Made by a program: the position numbers and the translations under genes
Part shown: one piece after another, positions 39,473 through 48,951 of the stretch
Layout of the letters: each line of letters opens with the position of its first letter
How positions within the stretch are numbered: position 1 is the first letter of the stretch
Notes under the pieces: model-generated
Databases searched by the model: none
The model's input: only the letters and a program-made list of their open reading frames with translations
What the model was told of the DNA's origin: nothing
Source: an uncultured delta proteobacterium
GTDB taxonomy: Bacteria > Desulfobacterota > Binatia > Binatales > Binataceae
Assembly (NCBI GenBank): GCA_963794325.1
Contig: CAWCDG010000004.1
Coordinates: 704,001-768,000, forward strand
Reading direction: 5' to 3'
DNA: 64,000 nucleotides

Positions 39473-41815
39473 CTAGACCTCGGGCTCGATAGTTGGTTCT
39501 TCGGGTTTCGCCGGCTGCGCGCCGAACAAGGATAGCTGAGCGGGATTCTCATTTGTCTCGACGACTGGAACGAACAGGCCAGGCTTCTCGACAAAGATAC
39601 GAAATTTTTCGTAAAGGTCGGCGAGCTTGTACTGATAGTACTCGACGTTTTCGTCGGGATTCTGCGGATCGTATTCCGCCGCCATTTTGGCAAGCGCGTT
39701 CACGCTCGACGTCGCGCGACGCCCGGTGACGTAATACGAAATCTGGTCGCCGGGCAGGTACGGCCGCTCGGCCTTGAGCGCCAACTCGTACGCAGCCGCG
39801 AGGTTGCGGCTGTTGTCGCCGATCTTGCCGCGATAAGTGTCGAGCGAATCCTGCAGCGTCTCGGTTTTCATCAGATCGGAGATTCCGATTTCGTGGCGCG
39901 CGAGCCGCGTTTGATATTCGTCAAGAAGTTTCGGAATCTCGTCGCGCCGTTCCTCGAGCAGCATCCGGAACATCTGCTCCATGAAGCGGCGCTGGAAGCG
40001 TTCGAGTCCGCGCGAGCGCAGGCCTGAGCCGCGAATCGTCATCTTTCCCGCGCCATCCTGCAGGACGTAATTTTTCATTTTGTAGGAGAACATCGCCGCG
40101 TAACGGCCGTCTATCTCCAGCCGGATTCCTTCCGGCATGATTGCGCCGACCTGCTCCAGGAGCCGTTCTGCGCTCTTCTCATCGGAAGCATTTGCGGGCG
40201 GCACGAAGTAGATTCCGTCGGTATCGACTTCGATAACCTGCGCGCCGCGCTCCTCGAGTTCCGCGACCGCGCGCTGAATCAGATCGCGTCCACGCTTGGT
40301 CAGAGCGTTGGCTTCGCCGAAGTCATTAAAATGTCCGAGCGAAAATCCGAGGTAGCCGTAGAACGAATTGATGAGAATCTTGAACGTTAGCTGAAGCGCG
40401 TCGGCGTTGCGGCGCTCGGTGCCCGAGAGCTCGCGCGCGAGCGCCTTGGCCTGCACGCGGAAGCTGCGCAGATCGCCGAGCAGTTTCAGGAACACGCCGA
40501 GATGATCGGCAGCCGGCGCATGCCGATATTGCAGCATCAACGACGGATACAGCGAGGTCACGTCGCAGTGCAGGACATTGTGCGCGACGCCGCATCGGCG
40601 AACCTCGGTGTATCCGCCGGCGACCGGCGCCGGCTCGGACGGCTCGGGAATTGAATGTCCCGCGGCCAGGTACGCACGCATCATCAGCGCGTTGATCTTG
40701 GTCGCATTCCCGCGCAACACCGCACTCTGATACGAGTACGGAAAAATCTGCGCCTGCACGAAGTAACTGGGAGAGAGTGTCTCGGCGAGCGCACGAGTCT
40801 CGCGCGCATCGTCGAGCGCGTATTCGTAGAGCTTCTCGGGCTCGTGCTCGAAGTAGTGGCTGATTTTCGACGCGTCGATGTAAACGCGATCTTTGCGCGC
40901 GAGTCCAAAGTGTTGCGCGAGCTGCTTTAACCCCAAGCTTTCGAGTTCGCGGCTCGAGATGTCGTAGTGCTGCGCGAGAATCCACGTATCTATGATGTTG
41001 CGGCCCGGGATGTCGTAACGGCGATAGGCGATCGAGCGTTCCGCAATTTGCATCCGCGATGGACGCGCGCGAAGTTCGCCGCCGTCACGCCCCAGCTTCA
41101 GCGGCACTCGATGGCGTCGCGCGCGAGTCTCCAGGTATTCGAGATCGAAGCGAAACAGGTTGTGCCCCTCGACCACATCGGGATCGCGCTCCTGGATGAC
41201 GCGCACCATCTCCTCGAGCATCGCCCGCTCGTCCATCTCGGTGCCCTTGAGCAGGCGCTCGAAACCAGTCGAGTCGGTCAGTGAGATCGCGATGACCCGA
41301 TCGCCCTCGCGCGCCGCCGACGGAAATTCAAAACCCGGTGAGATGTAGGTCTCGATATCAAGCTGCAGCCGGCGCAACTCGGCGAAATCCATCCCGATGA
41401 AAAACGTCGTCCCTGACAGCATCAGGTGCTGCTCGACCGGATCCGCGAGCACCAGATATGGCGCGTCGGGCGCGTTGGGCGGTTTGTTGGTGACGTTCCT
41501 GAGATGGCGCTTACTGGCTTCCAGAGCCTCGATCGAGGCGAAGGTGACAAGAATCCTGTAGCGGAAATCGCCTTCGAGCACGCGCGTCTCATGCGGCGCT
41601 TTGAAGCCTTCGAGCAGCGCAACGTTCTCCACCAGCGCGAACAATCGAATCGGACGGCGCTCGCGTGTCAGCTTGCCAACGAGTCGCTTGTACACGTCGA
41701 TTTCGGTCTTCGATGCCACCTCGACCGCGACCACGCCCCGGTCGGCTGGATCGCCGAACAGCAAGCGGTTGCTGTAAAACTGCGCCGAAATTTCCTGGTA
41801 TGTTTTCGTTGTCAT
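39473..41815 (-). CDS. polB: Family B DNA polymerase with 3'-5' exonuclease
   Basis: Exo motifs DIET, GHN.FRFD, YALDD; polymerase motifs DVTSLYPS, KILINSFYG, DTDG; C-terminal QLSLF. Confidence 0.9.
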   Translation of the reverse strand: MTTKTYQEISAQFYSNRLLFGDPADRGVVAVEVASKTEIDVYKRLVGKLTRERRPIRLFALVENVALLEGFKAPHETRVLEGDFRYRILVTFASIEALEASKRHLRNVTNKPPNAPDAPYLVLADPVEQHLMLSGTTFFIGMDFAELRRLQLDIETYISPGFEFPSAAREGDRVIAISLTDSTGFERLLKGTEMDERAMLEEMVRVIQERDPDVVEGHNLFRFDLEYLETRARRHRVPLKLGRDGGELRARPSRMQIAERSIAYRRYDIPGRNIIDTWILAQHYDISSRELESLGLKQLAQHFGLARKDRVYIDASKISHYFEHEPEKLYEYALDDARETRALAETLSPSYFVQAQIFPYSYQSAVLRGNATKINALMMRAYLAAGHSIPEPSEPAPVAGGYTEVRRCGVAHNVLHCDVTSLYPSLMLQYRHAPAADHLGVFLKLLGDLRSFRVQAKALARELSGTERRNADALQLTFKILINSFYGYLGFSLGHFNDFGEANALTKRGRDLIQRAVAELEERGAQVIEVDTDGIYFVPPANASDEKSAERLLEQVGAIMPEGIRLEIDGRYAAMFSYKMKNYVLQDGAGKMTIRGSGLRSRGLERFQRRFMEQMFRMLLEERRDEIPKLLDEYQTRLARHEIGISDLMKTETLQDSLDTYRGKIGDNSRNLAAAYELALKAERPYLPGDQISYYVTGRRATSSVNALAKMAAEYDPQNPDENVEYYQYKLADLYEKFRIFVEKPGLFVPVVETNENPAQLSLFGAQPAKPEEPTIEPEV

Positions 41816-41884
41816 CGCGATCCGCGTCTCTCGATTGTGCACCAGCGCACTCGCCTCAGACAACGCGTCCGCGCGAACAAGATT

Positions 41885-42904
41885 TCAGAACGCGCCGAGG
41901 TATCCGAGACCAATCAGAAAAATCGCGTACGCTGCTCCGCCGATCATCAGCGTCGGAGTTCGGAGCTCAGCGTCGCGCAGGTTGATATACAGAATCACCA
42001 CTGATACCAGCGCGATCGATCCCGCGAGCAGCTCCGGATTCGTCAGATGCCACGGCGAATACGCGAGCCCGAGCGCAACCGGGATGCACGACTGGAAGAC
42101 CATCGCGCCCGTGATATTGGCGAGCGCGAGGTGGTCCTTGCCCTGCCGAATCCAGACAACAGAGTTGTACTTCTCGGGCAGTTCGGTCGCGAGCGGGCTC
42201 AAGATGAGCGAGAGCACGCCGGGATTCAGATGCGCATGCGCCGAGAACAGAATGATCTGATCGACGAACTCGACGGCTCCTAGCAGGATCGCGAGCACGC
42301 CCACGGTTACTTGCGCGGCGATCGCAAATCCGCGCGGCTCGAGCGGATCGCCGCGGAAGATCGACTCGAAATAAAGTCCGTGCTCGAGCTCAACCCCGGC
42401 CGCGCGCTTGAGCCTCAGCATCACGACCGAATAGCTCGCGTACACGATCAACAACGCTACCGCGAGCACATGGCGAACGACCGGTCCCAGGTCGAGGGTG
42501 CCTGCGATCACCAGGCACAAAAAAACCGGAAAGAAAAATGCGAGGTCCCTGCGCGCGTCCTCCCGCACCACTCGCAGCACGATTCGTCCGCGACGTTTGC
42601 GAAACGCGATCGCCGCCGTGCCCATCACAAACAGTGCGATGGTGGACAGCATCAGCGGTGCGCCGACTATCGCGCCGAGTCCGACTGCGGTGTGCGCGGC
42701 GGCGGAATCGCGCCCGCTCAGTAGCGCGACGGCCGGAACGAACGTCTCGGGCAGCGCGGTTCCGACTGCGGCGAGCAAACTCCCGACGGCGGCCTCGGCG
42801 ATATGCAATCGATGCCCGGCCCATTCGACGCCGTTGGTAAAAAGTTCCGAGCCTACAAGAATTATCCCGAAGCTGAAGGCTAGGATTATTGCGTGGATTG
42901 CCAA
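41885..42904 (-). CDS. Sodium:calcium antiporter (CaCA family)
   Basis: GTALPET and ATELPEK alpha-repeats, NITGAM. Confidence 0.88.
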   Translation of the reverse strand: MAIHAIILAFSFGIILVGSELFTNGVEWAGHRLHIAEAAVGSLLAAVGTALPETFVPAVALLSGRDSAAAHTAVGLGAIVGAPLMLSTIALFVMGTAAIAFRKRRGRIVLRVVREDARRDLAFFFPVFLCLVIAGTLDLGPVVRHVLAVALLIVYASYSVVMLRLKRAAGVELEHGLYFESIFRGDPLEPRGFAIAAQVTVGVLAILLGAVEFVDQIILFSAHAHLNPGVLSLILSPLATELPEKYNSVVWIRQGKDHLALANITGAMVFQSCIPVALGLAYSPWHLTNPELLAGSIALVSVVILYINLRDAELRTPTLMIGGAAYAIFLIGLGYLGAF

Positions 42905-43298
42905 AATTCTGCTCGGGAGCCTGAGCGAGGAGGATAGAGAGGCTCAATCGCGATTTCCAGTGCGTGCCCTTTTCGCGAACTGATTCTCAGGAAAATTCCA
43001 TTCACGATGCAGCCAAACCGGCGATCGATGCGTATATTTATCGTAGCGGCTGCGGGAGACTCGTGATTCGCCCGATGATCGCGTGCGAATCATAGTGCGA
43101 TGATAGATATTTAGTTGACTCGGATGGCGGCGATCTTTAGATTGAAATGTTGGTGTCGCTTGCTTGCCTTTGTATTCTCGTCTGTATAAATGAGGCTACC
43201 TGACTCCCGGCTCGCGGTCGTAACAACGGCCGAATTGCGCGCCGAGTTTTCACTATCGCATCGGCGGCTAACGTCCGCGCATAACGGAAGCAAAACGA

Positions 43299-45062
43299 AT
43301 GAAGCAGAAGTACGAAGGTAAAGACCTACAGGGCCTCGTCGATCTCGGACGCGAGCAAGGTTACCTCACCTTCGAGCAGGTAAACGACTTCCTGCCTCAG
43401 GATGTCGCGTCGCCCACCGACCTGCGCGCCGCCCTCGACAGCTTCGAGGACTTGGACATCAAGGTGCTCGAGGAAGTTCCGACCGAAGGCGCCGACGAAG
43501 TCGAGGTCGAGACCAAGGAAGAGGCCGAAGAAGCGCCCGAGGCCCCGGCGCCCGCCGCTGATTCGCTCGGCGAGTCGTCCGACCCGGTTCGCCTTTACCT
43601 GAAAGAGATGGGCAACTTCCAGCTTCTCTCGCGGGAGCAGGAAGTCGAAATTGCCAAACGCATCGAGGCCGGCGAGAACGAAGTCGAAGAAGAAGTGCTC
43701 GGCTCGCCGATCATGCTCGATTTCGTGATTCGGGTGGGCGAGCGCGTCGAGGCGGGTGAAGCCGATCTGCGCGACGTCTTCGAGGACGCTGCCGAAGTGC
43801 CTGACGATCCCGACGAAGAGCGCGGACCCGAAGCCGACGAGCGTCAGCTCAAGAAGCTGAGCCTCGCGACCAAAAAGCTGACCGACCTGCGCACCAAGAT
43901 CGAGGCAATCGAGGAAGAACTTCGCAACAAGCCCGGTCCGCGCCGCAAGCCCAAGCTCGACAAGGATTTGGAGCGCTACAACGAGCGCGTGAAAAAAGAA
44001 TTGCGCACGATGGGATTGTCGCGCCGCTTGATGGAAGCCGTGATCGGCGAGATGCGCGACTTCCTGCAGCAGTACCGCATCGCGCAACACACCATTGCCA
44101 AATACGAAGAGGCGACCGGCCGCTCGCGCACCCATCTGCTCAAGGAAGCCGCCGAGGCTGAAGATCGCCGCCACGTTCTCAAGATCAATGACGTTCGCGA
44201 AAACCTGCTCGACATCGCGGCACGGATTCGCCTCGCGCAGAAGACGATTCGCGAAGTCGAAAAAAAGGCCAAGGACGACGGCGAAGACTACGCGCGCAAG
44301 CTCGAGACCATCGCCGCCGGACAGGACAAGAGCCGCCGCGCCAAGAAGGAACTGACCGAAGCCAACCTCCGCCTCGTCGTCAGCCTTGCCAAACGCTACA
44401 CCAATCGCGGCCTCGGCTTCCTCGACCTGATCCAGGAAGGCAACATCGGCCTGATGCGCGCGGTCGACAAGTTCGAATATCAGCGCGGCTATAAATTTTC
44501 GACGTACGCGACCTGGTGGATTCGCCAATCGATGTCGCGTGCGATCGCCGACCAGGGCCGCACCATTCGTATCCCCGTGCACATGGTCGAGACCATCAAC
44601 AAGCTGCTGCGCGTGACGCGCCTGCTCGTGCAGCGCCTCGGTCGCGAGCCCGGCCCCGAGGAAATCGCGGAGCAAATGGAGATGCCGCTGGACAAGGTCC
44701 AGAAGGTGCTGAAGATCGTCAAGGAACCGATTTCGCTGGAAACGCCAATCGGCGACGAAGAAGAAAGTTCGCTCGGCGATTTCGTCGAGGACGAGCTCGC
44801 GCCGTCGCCGGTCGAGGCGGCAATCCAGGGCAACCTCGGCGAGCAGACGCGCAAGGTCCTCGCGACGCTGACTCCGCGCGAGGAGCAGATTCTGCGCATG
44901 CGCTTCGGCATCGGCCAGAAGACCGACTACACCCTCGAGGAAGTCGGCAAACAATTCGCCGTCACCCGCGAGCGCATCCGCCAAATCGAGGCCAAAGCGC
45001 TGCGCAAACTCCGCCAGACTGGCAGATCCCGCACCCTCGAAGGCTTCCAGGAACGCGAGTAG
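43299..45062 (+). CDS. rpoD: RNA polymerase primary sigma factor
   Basis: Region 1.1, [56 protein letters not shown]. Confidence 0.95.
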   Translation: MKQKYEGKDLQGLVDLGREQGYLTFEQVNDFLPQDVASPTDLRAALDSFEDLDIKVLEEVPTEGADEVEVETKEEAEEAPEAPAPAADSLGESSDPVRLYLKEMGNFQLLSREQEVEIAKRIEAGENEVEEEVLGSPIMLDFVIRVGERVEAGEADLRDVFEDAAEVPDDPDEERGPEADERQLKKLSLATKKLTDLRTKIEAIEEELRNKPGPRRKPKLDKDLERYNERVKKELRTMGLSRRLMEAVIGEMRDFLQQYRIAQHTIAKYEEATGRSRTHLLKEAAEAEDRRHVLKINDVRENLLDIAARIRLAQKTIREVEKKAKDDGEDYARKLETIAAGQDKSRRAKKELTEANLRLVVSLAKRYTNRGLGFLDLIQEGNIGLMRAVDKFEYQRGYKFSTYATWWIRQSMSRAIADQGRTIRIPVHMVETINKLLRVTRLLVQRLGREPGPEEIAEQMEMPLDKVQKVLKIVKEPISLETPIGDEEESSLGDFVEDELAPSPVEAAIQGNLGEQTRKVLATLTPREEQILRMRFGIGQKTDYTLEEVGKQFAVTRERIRQIEAKALRKLRQTGRSRTLEGFQERE

Positions 45063-45081
45063 CCCGGCTTTCCGATCGCGC

Positions 45082-45254
45082 CTGAGAACCTAACCCCCAA
45101 CCCCTTCCCATAGTGGGAAGGGGAACCGGATTTAGGAAGAACCCCTTCCCGAGCGGGAAGGGGAACCGGAAATAAAGGAGAGACTTCCCGATCGGGAGGC
45201 CCGTTCTTTCTTATTCCCCTTCCCACTATGGGAAGGGGTTAGGGGTTAGGTTCT
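45082..45254. repeat. Cluster of three module-B REP-like palindromes
   Basis: CCCCTTCCC-N4-GGGAAGGGG at about 45082-45130 and 45140-45170, plus an inverted copy at 45214-45254. Confidence 0.85.
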
Positions 45255-45282
45255 TGAATCTCTTGTGCTACGAATTCCCTCG

Positions 45283-46668
45283 ATGCCCGCCCGCCCCAAC
45301 ATCATCCTCATCCTCGCCGACGACATGGGTTACGGCGACTTCGGATGCTTCAACTACGGCGCGTCGCGCACCCCCACTCTCGATCATCTCGTCAATGAAG
45401 GACTCTGCCTGACGCAGCACTATTCGGCGTCTCCCGTATGCGCACCAGCGCGAGCCTCGCTCATGACGGGCCGCTATCCACATCGCACCGGCGTCATCGA
45501 CACCCTCGAAACGCGCGGCCTCGATCGCCTTGCGCTGCGTGAATTAACCGTCGCCGAACTCCTGAAACGCGCAGGCTACACCACCGGCCTCGTCGGCAAA
45601 TGGCACAACGGCGCGTACGATCCGCGCTACCATCCGAACCGTCGAGGCTTCGACGAGTTCGCCGGTTTTTCCGGCGGATGGCAGCCCTACTACCAGTGGA
45701 ATCTCGATCGCAACGGCTCGATCTCGCGCGCCGACGGCCGCTACTTGACCGACGTCTTCACTGCCGAGGCGATCGATTTCATCAGTCGCCATCGCACTGA
45801 TCCATTCTTCCTGCACCTCGCGTACAACGCGCCGCATTTTCCTTTCGAAGCGCCGGAGGCCGACGCCGCGCCGTACAAAGCCAGCGGCAACTTCACGCCC
45901 GCGGTCAGCCAAATCTACGCGATGATCGAATGTATGGATCGCGGAATCGCGCGCGTGCTCGACACGCTCGATCGATCGGGACTCACCGACAACACTATCG
46001 TGATGTTCTCGAGCGACAATGGGCCGCAGTTCGGCGGCAAGGGCGAGATGTGCACCGACCGCTTCAACTGCGGTTTTGCGGGCTCGAAGTTGCTCGTGTA
46101 CGAAGGCGGAATCCGCTTGCCGATGGTGATCCGATGGCCCGCGGGACTCGACGGCCACCGCCAGGTCCACGACATGATTCATTTCACCGACTGGCTGCCG
46201 ACGCTCCTCGCAATCGCCGGCGCCGAGCCGCCGCGCGACCTCAAGCTCGACGGAATCAACGTGATGCCGACGCTACAAGGCGACCGCGGCAAGGTCCCGA
46301 CCAAGCGTTTCTGGCAATGGAACCGCTACACGCCCGACGCCGAATGCAACGCCGCGATGCGCGACGGCCGCTGGAAGCTGGTCCGCCCCGCGATCCGCGA
46401 GTTGATGCAGGTCTCGAACGAAGACCTCGCGATGGACGTGCAATCGAAGTACAACCCCGAAAATTTCCACGACATCGCGCGCGGCCCCGAGCCGGAGCGT
46501 GTAAAATCCTTACCGCCCCCGGCGCAACTTTTCGATATCGTCAGCGATCCTTTCGAGCGGATCGATCTCGCCGCGAGCGAACCCGCCCGCGTATCGAAGA
46601 TGACCAACGCGCTCGCGTCATGGTTCGATGACGTCGAGCAGGACCGCCGCTCGATTCCGGCGGTTTGA
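45283..46668 (+). CDS. Arylsulfatase-family sulfatase (Cys-type)
   Basis: PNIILILADDMG, CAPARASLMTG, GKWH, SDNG. Confidence 0.92.
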   Translation: MPARPNIILILADDMGYGDFGCFNYGASRTPTLDHLVNEGLCLTQHYSASPVCAPARASLMTGRYPHRTGVIDTLETRGLDRLALRELTVAELLKRAGYTTGLVGKWHNGAYDPRYHPNRRGFDEFAGFSGGWQPYYQWNLDRNGSISRADGRYLTDVFTAEAIDFISRHRTDPFFLHLAYNAPHFPFEAPEADAAPYKASGNFTPAVSQIYAMIECMDRGIARVLDTLDRSGLTDNTIVMFSSDNGPQFGGKGEMCTDRFNCGFAGSKLLVYEGGIRLPMVIRWPAGLDGHRQVHDMIHFTDWLPTLLAIAGAEPPRDLKLDGINVMPTLQGDRGKVPTKRFWQWNRYTPDAECNAAMRDGRWKLVRPAIRELMQVSNEDLAMDVQSKYNPENFHDIARGPEPERVKSLPPPAQLFDIVSDPFERIDLAASEPARVSKMTNALASWFDDVEQDRRSIPAV

Positions 46669-46693
46669 TTTACGGCGTGAAGGCACTGCCGCC

Positions 46694-47656
46694 TTACGGA
46701 GAGTGGCCATCCTTCGTGCTCACGGTGACGCTGTTGCCGCCCAGAATGCTGGAGGCTTGCCCGCTCGCGGTATTGCTCTCGCCTCCGCTGACACTGGAGT
46801 CCGTGCCGCTCGCTGTGTTAGCGGCGCCGCCCTGAATGCTCGACGCCAGAACGCTCGCCGTATTGCCCCCGCCACCGCTGACGCTCGCTGTTTGACCGCT
46901 TGCGGTGTTCGACAGGCCACCGCTGACGCTGGATGAACCACCGCTCGCCGCGTTGTGCGCGCCGCCGCTGACGCTCGCATCCTGGCTGCTCGCCGTGTTC
47001 GACTGGCCGCCGCTGACGCTCGAGCCTGCGCCATTAGACGCGTTTAGCTCGCCGCCGCTGACGCTATCGATACCCGCGTTGCCGTTGAAACAGTTCGACA
47101 GGCCCGCGGGAAATGCGGTCGCGCCGGCAGCATTGCAATCCCCGCCGGTAATGGTGGCCTCGTCAGAGCTGATGAAGTTCCCGAAGCCGAAGACCGCTCC
47201 GCCGCTGGCAGTGAACTCATGATCAGGGCCGACCACCAGATTGTGCGACCCGGTCCGATTGGGGTCGATGGTTGAAGCGCCGAGGCTATCTTCGTCGTAG
47301 CCGATAAACAGGTTTCCCAATCCGGTTGAGTCCGCCGTGGTGCCAGACCCGCTCTCAATATGGACATTGGCGCCGCTGATGACGATGTTCGGTCCCTTAA
47401 CGCCGTTCTCAGCGCTCGCATCCACGCTGACAAAGGACCCGAGCGCCAGCGCATGATTGTTCTGCACCGCCGCCAGCGCCGTCTGCAGAGTTGCGACCTG
47501 CGCCTGCAGCGTCGTGATCAGCGCCAACAGACAGTTGCCTTTCGTGCTTCCGGGCTTGCAGGTCTTTGTCTTTGTCGCAACGTCCTGGGCCAAGGCCGGG
47601 GACGACAGGGCTATCGCGAGCAGGGTCAGCGCCAATAGGGATTTCAAGGTCTTCAT
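46694..47656 (-). CDS. Secreted Gly/Ser-rich 15-residue repeat (beta-solenoid) protein, paralog 2
   Basis: Signal peptide, short coiled coil, GLGNL..GYDE, RTGSHNL, about 8 SVSGGxxNxASG-type repeats; RBS AGGAG. Confidence 0.8.
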   Translation of the reverse strand: MKTLKSLLALTLLAIALSSPALAQDVATKTKTCKPGSTKGNCLLALITTLQAQVATLQTALAAVQNNHALALGSFVSVDASAENGVKGPNIVISGANVHIESGSGTTADSTGLGNLFIGYDEDSLGASTIDPNRTGSHNLVVGPDHEFTASGGAVFGFGNFISSDEATITGGDCNAAGATAFPAGLSNCFNGNAGIDSVSGGELNASNGAGSSVSGGQSNTASSQDASVSGGAHNAASGGSSSVSGGLSNTASGQTASVSGGGGNTASVLASSIQGGAANTASGTDSSVSGGESNTASGQASSILGGNSVTVSTKDGHSP

Positions 47657-47711
47657 CAATTCGTTCTCCTCGTTATGCAGGCCGATTGGTGTTAGGGGAC
47701 ACTGTCTTTGA

Positions 47712-48686
47712 CTACGGCGTGAAAGAACCCCCGCCATCGCTGGCGTCGGTGCCGCTTTCAGTGATGCCGTTGCCGCCCAGAATGCTGGAATGACCCCCGC
47801 TCGCCTCATTGTTCTCGCCACCACTGACGCTCGATCGAAAGCCGCTCGCCTTGTTGGACTGGCCTCCGCTGACGCTCGATGTAGGGCCGCTCGCGGTGTT
47901 GAATGCGCCGCCGCTGACGTTTGATGAAGGACCACTAGAGATGTTGCCCGTGCCACCGCTGATGCTGGAGTCTCCATTAGTCGCTTGGTTGAATCCGCCG
48001 CCGCTGATGCTCGAATCATTGCCGCTCGCAGTGTTGCCAAAGCCGCCGACGACGTTTGCTCCTTCCGAGGCGCCCGGAGTTGACGAACATGACTTTAAAG
48101 GTATTAAAGCTCCGCCCGCAGTGTTGCACTCGCCTCCTGTGACGCCGGCGTAGTTTGCGAGAGTGGCGTTCGCAAAGCCGCTTACCATACCGCCGCTGGC
48201 GGTGAACTCATGCTGCGGGCCTACGATCAAGTTGTGCGAGCCGGTCCGGTTGACGTCTATCGTCAAAGGCTCGATCGAATCTTCATCGTAGCCGACCACC
48301 AAATTTCCCAATCCGGTTGCGTCCACTGTGGTGCCGGACCCACTCTCGATATGGACATTGGCGCCGCTGATGATGACGTTCGGTCCTGCAAGGCCATTCT
48401 CCGCACCCGCATCGACACTGACGTAGGGGCCAAGCGCCAGCGCATGATTGTTCTGTACGGCAGTCAGCGCCGTCTGGAGGGTTGTGATGTTGGTATTAGC
48501 CGTACTCAATGCCGTCTGCAGGGTTGCGACCTGCCCCTGTAGCGTCGTGATCAGCGCCAACAGACAGTTGCCCTTCGTGCTTCCGGGCTTGCAGGTCTTT
48601 TTCGCGTCAACGTTCTGAGCAAACGCGGGCGACGACAGGACGATCACGAGCATGGTCAGCGCCAATCGGGACGTCAAGGTCTTCAT
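47712..48686 (-). CDS. Secreted Gly/Ser-rich 15-residue repeat (beta-solenoid) protein, paralog 1
   Basis: Same architecture with about 7 repeats; shares TCKPGSTKGNCLLALITTLQ with its neighbour. Confidence 0.8.
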   Translation of the reverse strand: MKTLTSRLALTMLVIVLSSPAFAQNVDAKKTCKPGSTKGNCLLALITTLQGQVATLQTALSTANTNITTLQTALTAVQNNHALALGPYVSVDAGAENGLAGPNVIISGANVHIESGSGTTVDATGLGNLVVGYDEDSIEPLTIDVNRTGSHNLIVGPQHEFTASGGMVSGFANATLANYAGVTGGECNTAGGALIPLKSCSSTPGASEGANVVGGFGNTASGNDSSISGGGFNQATNGDSSISGGTGNISSGPSSNVSGGAFNTASGPTSSVSGGQSNKASGFRSSVSGGENNEASGGHSSILGGNGITESGTDASDGGGSFTP

Positions 48687-48951
48687 CGATTCGTTCTCCT
48701 TGGTATGCGGGGCGCTTCGTGCTCAGGACCACTGGTTTGTCGCATAAGCACTAGTCACACGCAAACGCGGGTAAGTCCGCCGAAGTATCTGCTACCTGCC
48801 TATGCGCATCGCAGGCGTTACTTGATGTCAGTTGTGATGCTAATCATCCGCCGGTTTCCGGTTGCCCGTATGGATTGAATTCATCCGCGATGGTCTGATT
48901 TAAGAGTCTGTTACAAGGCACCTTCGCCACCGGCTTTCCGATGGAGCGCAA

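Noticed and set aside
39473-41815. PolB as part of a casposon, pipolin or prophage
   Set aside because: No Cas1, integrase or terminal repeats; flanked by housekeeping genes with host-like composition
43326-44984. 552-aa antisense ORF over rpoD, and similar long antisense ORFs over the metE-like, frmA, cbiA and FadF-like genes
   Set aside because: Shadow ORFs expected from high-GC codon bias; no recognisable motifs
45082-45254. Palindromic repeats as a CRISPR array
   Set aside because: Mixed orientation, irregular short spacers, dispersed copies elsewhere and no cas genes; REP-like instead
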